Source: Takakia lepidozioides (Eukaryota; Plantae; Bryophyta). From it: 64,000 bases of DNA. Below are positions 55,963 to 64,000 of this stretch, one piece after another. Below the pieces are notes generated by a model. The model made no database searches and had not been told where the DNA came from. It saw only the letters and a program-made list of their open reading frames with translations. The stretch lies in the NCBI GenBank assembly GCA_030704615.1, contig CM060734.1, positions 23,560,001 through 23,624,000 on the forward strand, written 5' to 3'. The position numbers and the translations under genes are program-made. The number at the start of each line of letters is the position of its first letter. Positions within the stretch are counted from its first letter, which is position 1.

Positions 55963-56400
55963 ATGTCCGGAAACGTTGCTTCGAACGCAGTGTCAGGGGG
56001 TTCCTCGGGAAGTGGGCGTAAAGGTAAAAAGCGTAAACATGCACATGAACGGGATAGTCAGGTCAACAGTGTCCGCGGGAATAGGGTTTAGGGTGTCACG
56101 GTCATAGGGGGAGAAGGACCTCCCGATGAAGGAGGTTCGGCAATGTTTTTTAGAATTACATATTGAAAGACAATGTTTCGCGAATGGTAGGGTGGTACTG
56201 CTCTGTACAATGGGGGCCCATTTCAGCCTACCAGCCACTTGCAAAATCCACCCACACTCCCAATCCCAAACGAAATGAGGAATGATGCATTCTGGGAACG
56301 ATGGATACAAAATAGAACAAAAAGAGGGCACAATGGGGTTTTTATTGATCCTCATGAATTGCATTTGAAGCACGTCTACTGTGCTGATTGTGCAAACAAA
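55963..56400 (+). pseudogene. Possible decayed cargo ORF of unknown function
   Basis: ORFs 55795-56091 and 56239-56475 are in one frame, separated by TAG/TGA/TAG stops. Basic patch RKGKKRK. TATATAA at ~55665. Confidence 0.3.
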
Positions 56401-56429
56401 TCTTTAGCCCTGTGCCTTCTGAATACAAG

Positions 56430-57143
56430 TCACGTTGTCAATGGGACTTCGACTGCTCTGAGAACTAGCTCATGAGTCATCGGGCTCCTCCAGGTAAACT
56501 GGATTGCAGCCGTTGTACCGCCCCTGTTGATGTTCACCACAATGTCGTGCCCTTCAATCATACCACCATCGAATATGGAAAGCTTCACGTTTTCCTCCTC
56601 CACACCAATGCGAATGTCCCCATACAATGGAGAAGATGAGCGCACTCCTTTAGGAGTATAAGTCTCTCCGATGGAGTCCACCCACGTCCACTGGCAGCAG
56701 TTCCACCGCAACAGCATAGCAGTGCGCATTCTTCTGCATGGGTGTCCGTCGTAGCTGGGAAAATCGGAATCAAGGATGCATAGGAGCCACGGACTCCTCA
56801 TACCAAGATCGTCACCCCGCTCGAAGGCCTACTGGCCTGGGATATACTCAAAAGCGGACAATGTTTCCACATTCGAACCAGTATCTTCTGTATAATCTGT
56901 GTACCAGATAACGATGTCTCCCGATGTGGCCGAATACATTGCATAATCGAAGCCTCCATAAGGGCAGTCGTCCCGGTTCCGGAAGCACGGCATCCTTGCA
57001 AAGGAGGACCTGAGGACGACTTTGATGCCGATGACAATGACCTTGCGGACAGCAACGAAGCCCTTAGATTTTTGAAATGATGAGAAGCGGAAGAGCAGTG
57101 CGGGCTCCAATAATAGAGCATCTGGGTCACACGTACCCACCAA
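56430..57143 (-). pseudogene. Unknown cargo protein, paralog A (one in-frame stop at 56829-56831)
   Basis: ORFs 56829-57143 and 56430-56801 are one frame. Collinear protein similarity to 57426-58009 (DCPY, YAM, SGDI, FERG, WNCCQWT, ELVLRAxEVP). Confidence 0.7.
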
Positions 57144-57425
57144 TCATCGTGTAACGTGTTCATCACGCTAGCGGTGGATGAACCGATACCTCTTTCTCAT
57201 CCACAGGGTATAGTTTGAAATGTGCCACCGAAGTCCATCCCCCGGATGGAAATTCGGCACCGCATTTACGTCGAAGGGGGGATGGACTTCGTCGTCTCGA
57301 GTGGCTATAGGCCCACCTGGCACTTACTGCCCATAGTTTGCATGGCAGGGAAGGAAACTGAAACGGCTACATTCATGGAGTAGCCAATCTTCATCCGTGC
57401 AGGTTCCTGTCGGGGGGAAATTTAA

Positions 57426-58009
57426 ATGTGCCCTGGAGTGTTTGTGAGGAATTGCAGCGTTTGCTTGAATTTCTTCCAGCCACCGCGCTGCTGCCTCCTC
57501 CATCCAGGAGCTGCTGTCATTGAGCGTACTCGCTACTCTTTTTCAAGGATGTCGTGCCGCCAAAATCCTGCTGACTGCCCTTATCATGGCCACAATTATG
57601 CTATGTTCAAACCAGAATCAGGAGACATCATTGTCTGGCTCTCTGTTTTCACAGACGCTTCTGGAATCAAGCGGGAGTCTTTGCGTGCAATGGAGGATCT
57701 GGAGGGCTATTACCGCTTTGAGCGAGGTGAGGGCGAGGGTCAATGCGGTCCGTGGGTCCTGAAAATTGTTGACCTCGATATACCAAGGTGGAATGGGATG
57801 TCGGACAGATCACGCACGGCCTCACTTTGGTGGTGGAACTGCTGCCAGTGGACCAGGGAGGACAGCACCGGGGAAAACTATATTCGTGGAGTTCACTCCG
57901 CTTTTCCAGTGTCAAGGGCACCAGATCGACCGCATTGCAGTTTACCTCGAGGTGCCGCATCAGTAATGAGCTTGTTTTGAGGGCTATCGAAGTTCCGTCG
58001 ACTTGGTGA
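57426..58009 (+). pseudogene. Unknown cargo protein, paralog B (deletion/frameshift near 57910)
   Basis: ORF 57426-57980 plus a C-terminus in another frame (...ELVLRAIEVPSTW) align with paralog A. Confidence 0.7.
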
Positions 58010-58285
58010 CGCCCATGTAGAAGGAGGAAGGACTTAGATTTGTCTGGAGTTGCTAAATGTGACACACCGTGTTCGATCAATAAAACAACCCATTGTACCT
58101 TTCTTCTCTGTGCTTGTGTTTCATCGTGTTCAAGAACTGCCGTAATTGGCCCACTGTTTACAATTTGAGGTCTCATTTGTACAATGTGTCTGTCCATATG
58201 AATATACCAGAGTCAGCGATATCAGAGTCCTGAGGTGAAGAAAATCCATCTATGAGTAAAAGGAAACATGTACACGCCGAAGCTC

Positions 58286-59373
58286 GGAAATTCGGCACCG
58301 CATCTCATTTTTCTCCATGCAGCGATTTCTGGCAGCTCCCTTTCCGACGTTGTCGTCGTAACGGAAATGCTGTACAACATTTCATTTCCTGACATGGCAT
58401 TACCATACTTCGAATTTGAAATGCGGCGCCGCATTTCCATATTGGACCTTGAATTGTCCGAGCATGTCCAGTCGCTAATGCTTGTCCATGTCCATACTTG
58501 AAATGCGCCACCACATTTCCATGTCCGTCATCGAAATTTCGTACCGGACAATGAAATGCGCCACCGCATTTCCATGTCCGTCATCGAAATTTCGTACCGG
58601 ACAATGAAATGCGGCACAACATTTCCGGAGAGCACAATGGAATGCGGTGCCGCATTTCCGTCGAAGGGTCTGGAATTGGACAAACAACGATGTCCGTTCT
58701 GGAAATGCAGCACCGCATTTCCATGTTCGTCATCAAAATATCGTATTGGACAATGGAATGCGGTGCCGCATTTCCGTCCAGCTAGACGGAATGCCCACAC
58801 GGGTCTGGAATTGGACAAACAACGATGTCTGTTTTGGAAATGCGGCGCCGCATTTTCATTGGGCAATCGAAAGTTTTTATAGAACAATGTAAGTTTTTAT
58901 AGGACGATGGAATGCGGTGCCGCATTTCCGTCAAAGGGTCTGGAATTGGACAAACAACGATGTCCGTTTTGGAAATGCGGCGCCGCATTTCCATGTACGT
59001 CATCGAAATTTCTTATTGGACAATGGAATGCGGTGCCGCATTCCCGTCTAGCATCATGGAATGGGGAGCCGCATTTCCGTCGATGGGTCTGCAGTTGGAA
59101 AAATGTCCATCTCCAAAAGGTAAATGTGGCACCGCATTTCCATGTTCGACCTCCGCATTTCCATTTACCTCCATGGAAGGAGCTTGCAACTGCCGTGTCG
59201 GAAACGGGAATGTGACACCGCATTTCCATTTGTCCGAACAGTTTCTGATGTCCAAACCATGAAACGGAAAATTGTTCTTGCCCCGGTTTTGGAAATGCGG
59301 TGCCGCATTTCCAAAGTCGGTTTTTGCAGCTGCCACATTTCCGTTCAGACATTGAAATGCGGTGCCGCATTTC
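58286..59373. repeat. Cluster of ~18 copies of the palindrome GGAAATGCGGCGCCGCATTTCC
   Basis: Perfect 22-bp copy at 58971-58992. Variants have GGTGCC/GGCACC cores. Higher-order spacer GGGTCTGGAATTGGACAAACAACGATGTC occurs three times. Confidence 0.95.
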
Positions 59374-59510
59374 AGATTTTGGGAGGGATCAGGTTTGGAC
59401 GATGTTGCCGTTGAGAAGCAAATGGGAGAGGGGACATGAAGGACGGGGAGAATTTCCTTTATATACTTTGGAATAGAATTTAAATGTACAGAGAGTTCAT
59501 TAAAATTCTA

Positions 59511-62500
59511 TTAATCTTGAAAATCATCACTATCGTCGTCATGTCCTTGACTGTCATGCTCTGCCTCCACCCCGTCATTGCCTTTCTCATCTCCAGCGGA
59601 CTGCTCGTTGGCCAGGCTTTCGAAAATCCCATCTTCACCTTGCGGAACCGACCATCTTACCTCCGTTGGCTCGTCGTCCTCCCTGTCTGCATCGCTCTCA
59701 TCCGTTGAATCACATATGAACTTTCGCACCCGTCTACCTGTCTCAGCTGTTGCCAACTCTTTCCTTATCCTTCTGTCCTCCCTAGCCCTCTCCAAAATCT
59801 GTTCTACTTTACTGGGATTCTCACATCGTCTAATCGCTGTATTTGCGAGTTTAGCTGCATAACTAGGAAGGGAGTAGTCCTTCACCGGGCTCGTCATGAA
59901 GTCGGCCCTCGCAAAGAACGGGACATTCTTCCTGGCAAGAAGTGTAGGCCCTACATGTTTCGACCCGGATCCTGGAATCCTGCACATAACAATCACCAAC
60001 GAGACCAATGAGAACCATAGTCCGAAAATGCGTTTGACAAAAAATCACCCAGAAGGCTTTGCAAACTTACAATGTTTGCACTCACTCGTATTGCGGGTTC
60101 TCCTCGGCATCAATGTCCACTGTCTCTTCCTCCGACTCCGACGAATCCGAGGAGTCCTTGGCTTCGATGGGAGCCTTCACATTCCGTTGCAGCCCTTCCA
60201 GATGGGATCCCCAGACGGATGTGTCCTCCTCGTAGGCAAAGAGGTGCCGGTCGGAAAACCGCCCAGCCCACATTGAGGCACCTGTTACAATGTCATCCAC
60301 ACATTATGACATGGTCCTTCAGATGTTGCGAATGAAAGCATAACGACAGCATGCAACAAGATTCTGCATACCTGTCCCACAGATAAGGTCGAGCACTGTG
60401 CCCTCCACGTCAGTGCATGTCTCCATAATTGTCTAAATGAAGGCAGGGCTCCGAGTCCGTGAATACCGAAGGGGTTCAGTTGAAGTGAGGCTATGAGGGA
60501 GAAGTTCCGTGGGAACGTTGTTGAACAGGACGTCGTAATCGATGGGGTCGCAGTTCGGGTCAACCAACAACCCCTCCTTCCGGAAAGCAAAGGTGGAGTT
60601 CTCCTTCACAAAGCAGTATGCATCGAACTGCTTCGTCTACATACATAGTGGGGAACGATTAGAAATCGAATGCGGCACCGCATTTCAAAACTCCTAAGAA
60701 AATGAAAGGACGAGTGCCAAAGTCGTAATTACCTTCTTCCCTTCTGACCAAAGGCCCAATGTGTTGATGCACGTCCACTTCTTCTTCAGAATTGGGACGG
60801 CGCTCTTGCGGGTCCACTTCACAATTCATGTCTGCGTGTTTTGGCCTCTGCTCGCCAGGACAACCACACAGCCTCTGTCATCCAACACCATGCGGGCAAG
60901 CCCGAATCCTTTCTTCCAAAAGTCCTCGGAGTACCTGTTCCAAGATGGCAAAGCTTGCAGTCCTTCCACAGGCTCTCCGTCCGGAATATCCAAGATGATC
61001 ATATCGCAAGACCACTCGATGGCATTTCCGCCCCTCCTGCAATCCTTGTCTGCACACACCCTCTCAAAGAACGAGACCATCTTCAGAAACCTAGGGGTGT
61101 CGGAAGGCTCTTCGGCAGCCGCCTTCTTCAGTGCTCTGCCCTTTAGACCCTCCATGGTCTTCATGTATGCCAACTTGGCTGCCCGTCCATCCAAAGCCGC
61201 CAAGAAACTCTCATTCACACACTGGATTACTGTATCGGGATCCACTTTCGGCCTCTTCATTTCCACCGGCTCGAAAGGGTGCCCCCCCGGGGGGTTGAAG
61301 AGTGCCTTCTTTGTCGAGCCAGTTCTCGTCCCTCTTGTGACAACGGTGGGCACATGGGATTTCGGCTGCGTCTCGGGGGGTGGGCTGGTTGCAAAGTCTC
61401 CATCGGAGTCCTCTTCCTCACCCTCTACCTGCACTATCTGTTTCTGCTTCTTCATTTTCTTGGGTGTCACAACTGCTGCTCCTTGCTGGCGAGTCCGCTT
61501 CTTGGACCCCTTCTGTTGAGCCTGCACAGCTGCATCCACCGTCTTCTGTGCCATCTTTGCTGCCTTTCTGGATTGTTCCAGAGCAGTAGCTTCCTTTGCC
61601 GACTCTGGCCGAGCAGGGACACGTCTTTCCTTTCTCTTCTCTTCTGCTTTCGCGTGCAGATCTTTCTTAGACTCGTCAACAATTCCACCAAACATGTCCA
61701 GGTACCACGGGCATCCAACCAGATGCGCGGCATGCCATTGTTTCTGCATCTCGAGTGTGTAGACACAGCTTGGGCCCGCCACGGTCCAAGCCATGAACAA
61801 CGGGGGCTCTTGAGCCAGGGCCCCTGTCTGAAGAAGCACATATTTCATATACCTACAGGGCAGTCAGCATGCGTGAGCAAAAGTTGAGACCAACGTACTC
61901 GCAGAGTGCAACCGAAAACATAAAATGCGAATGCGGTGCTGCATTTCCCAGACAAACCTCATAACCAGGCTTCACATACAAGGACAGCTGGGCTTCACCT
62001 GTAAACAATTCGCATTGCAGCTTTTCCCGCTCCCTCCTGATGTGTAAACTCCACGCATTTTCTTGCTGTCTGCAGCTCCCTGGCGAAGAGGTTGTCCTTG
62101 TACGCACATCTGAAACGTGTCACGTAGTCTTCCAATGTCTATGTTCCATCCCATTTGACATACAAGCCGAACGAATTTGTATGCATTACGACTTGCTCCT
62201 TCGCATTCGTCATTACCTGCGATTCCCACATGCATTGTCACGTAGCAGTTCGGGGAATTCATTTCAGAAAAGCAAATCTGGGGAAGTACCTTGAATTACC
62301 TGGAACCACCAAGTCATGCGGTTGAGCCACACATCCACTGCAGGGTCAGAAACTTCGAGTGGAAAAGACCACATTGTCCTTATACTCTCCGATGCATTCC
62401 AGATCGACAGCCATCGTGTCTGCCATTTCCGATCCAATGTCAGGAGCAGGAAGAAGAGTGGCTATTGCTAGGAAGGAACTTCAGTGCATTGAAACATCAC

Positions 62501-63917
62501 CTTCTCTTTTGCTTCAACACATGCCGTTGAGAGGTGATGCAGTTTCTCCAAGTGCATGGTCGGCTGCATGGCCCGAGAATAGTGTTTTGCAATCTAGGGG
62601 ATGAAGTCCTTTCCAAGTGCCGGATCTGCAATGGCCACCAGCTTCACAAGCTTTGACTTGTATTTCGTTCTGGACTTGACCCGGCTTCCTTCAAGTGCTC
62701 AGTCAATGACTGCAACGTTTTGACCTGCCCCTCACTTTCCATGAAGAAGCGTTTGGCATGGGCCAAATCCAGCTTGATGTTTGACTGCCAACAAAAACAT
62801 GCAGAAGCGTTACATTCGATTCAAGTGGAAAGATTACTGGAAATTGGGGAAGGATGAGCAGAGGGAAATGGGAGGACAACTTACTTCGTATATCACCTCC
62901 ACCATTTCATCCATAGTGAGACGATACCATGTCCGGTCAATTTTTGCCACGGCTTTCTGAATGAGCTCGGGCTCCAGCATTTCCGCAAACATGTGCGGAT
63001 CAGTGAGACCAGTTTTCCTCACCCTGTACAGCATATGTGCCATGTGGGTATGCACGTACGCATTTTCAGTGACCCTGCAAGGCACACTCTTCAGTTCAGT
63101 CCACGAAAGCACGGAAACAAAACAGATTGGAAACCGAAATGCGGCACCGCATTTCGAACGTGCTTGGGAGGGTATGAGTATCTTACAAGTTGAGGTCCAC
63201 CATGGCATTCTTGAGCAGGGAGGAGTCTGCCGCCTTCACCTTGAGGATGACACACTCCACCATGTAATGCCAGCCAATGTGCTTGGCATGGTTCTGCTTG
63301 ATGTACTCCCACCAAGCCAGAAGTCGGTGATTCCCGTCCCACACAAAGAACATTTTACCCGACATATGGCCGAAGTCTGGATCACCCTTCAGTGTTGCCT
63401 TGAATTCGTCGTTGCGAGTGTGCCAGTGGGTATCCCATGTTGACAATTCATCCGCAGTGGGTCCACGAGATTCGCCGTCCTCATTCTCAAGGGAAACGTA
63501 GAAGGCTGGCGAACCTAGACGGTACCCTTCTCGAAATGCGAACTTGAGCTTATCCACATCTCCAGGAAGTGCCTGCCTGACGATGGGAAGGGAGACCATG
63601 CGACAGAGTGGGATTTGAAGAGTCCGCTGGAATACCCTGCTGCCCAGAACTCTGCCAATGCTACTATGTGTCTCCTCCAACATTGTATCCGCTGCACTTT
63701 GGAATTCCTCCGGAGACATTTCTGCTGGTGGCGGTAGGGGCTGAGCAGCTGGAGCTGCACTATGGGGAATCTTTGCGGGCAATTCTGCAATTGCAGAGGC
63801 CTCCTCCGGGCCTTCAGTATTATGAGGATCTTCCTCAACGGTGGTCAGGTCTTGCTGCGAACGTTGAGAGGCAGCACCCTCCTCCGGTACCACATCGACG
63901 ATATCGGTCGATCCCAT
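59511..63917 (-). pseudogene. Spliced gene encoding a ParB/sulfiredoxin-like domain fused to a beta-class N6-adenine/N4-cytosine DNA methyltransferase domain and an acidic tail; disrupted, 5' end may lie outside the window
   Basis: ParB-like IPLCRM...VRQAL...VWDGNHRLLAW...VECVIL in exon 63917-63187. Further exons 63074-62885, 61852-60733, 60636-60372, 60281-60086 and 59979-59511 have phase-compatible GT-AG junctions; exons between 62784 and 61958 are degraded. Motif IV-like CDMIILDIPDG, then RSPAFI*TIMETCTDVEGTVLDLICGT|GASMWAGRFSDRHLFAYEED (motifs X, I, II). Confidence 0.8.
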
Positions 63918-64000
63918 TGCCTTCGCTGCAGCAGAGACGCCCCCAACATCACCAGGCTGGAAATCAAGCAGGAACTGGGCTTCAGCTCATGGAATCGGTT

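Larger units (their letters stand above)
54787..64000. mobile_element. One end of a large DNA transposon with cargo genes, probably CACTA/CMC-like; continues beyond the window
   Basis: Sharp junction with the Gypsy integrase. Terminus CCTAGTTGCAAA resembles CACTAGT... termini. Array of subterminal stem-loop repeats. One palindrome motif recurs from 57.2 to 63.2 kb. No transposase or second end in the window, so the superfamily is inferred. Confidence 0.55.

Noticed and set aside
58286-59373. CRISPR array
   Set aside because: Spacers are repeated and irregular in length, repeats are degenerate, there are no cas genes, and the context is eukaryotic.
58222-59414. Many overlapping ORFs (NAAPHF / KCGAAF repeats)
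   Set aside because: Translation artefacts of the palindrome array on both strands.

Overview
Eukaryotic, intron-containing, transposon-rich plant DNA; the element families suggest a bryophyte such as a moss (inference). 2.4-10.2 kb holds two decayed genes. One is a four-exon YUCCA flavin monooxygenase pseudogene with a pol-less Copia element in intron 1. The other is a CYP716-like P450 whose last two exons are inverted relative to its middle exons. 10.2-45.7 kb is almost all tandem repeat: a diverged partial copy of a ~2.02-kb unit interrupted by an LTR element, a gap, ~14.7 near-identical copies of that unit, then two copies of a ~1.14-kb unit sharing a 75-bp module with it. After a second gap comes a nest of elements: a Mutator-like transposase fragment with a GCM-type zinc domain, the 3' half of a Galadriel-type chromovirus, and a Tf1/sushi(Tcn1)-type Gypsy element with a self-priming PBS. 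From ~54.8 kb to the window end lies the end of a large, probably CACTA-like DNA element. It carries hairpin subterminal repeats, a head-to-head pair of unknown paralogous genes, a cluster of ~18 copies of a 22-bp palindrome, and a spliced, now disrupted gene fusing a ParB/Srx-like domain to a prokaryote-type beta-class N6-adenine/N4-cytosine DNA methyltransferase. Single copies of the palindrome also sit in three of that gene's introns. This module is the most interesting feature. All calls are from motif recognition by eye; no searches were run.
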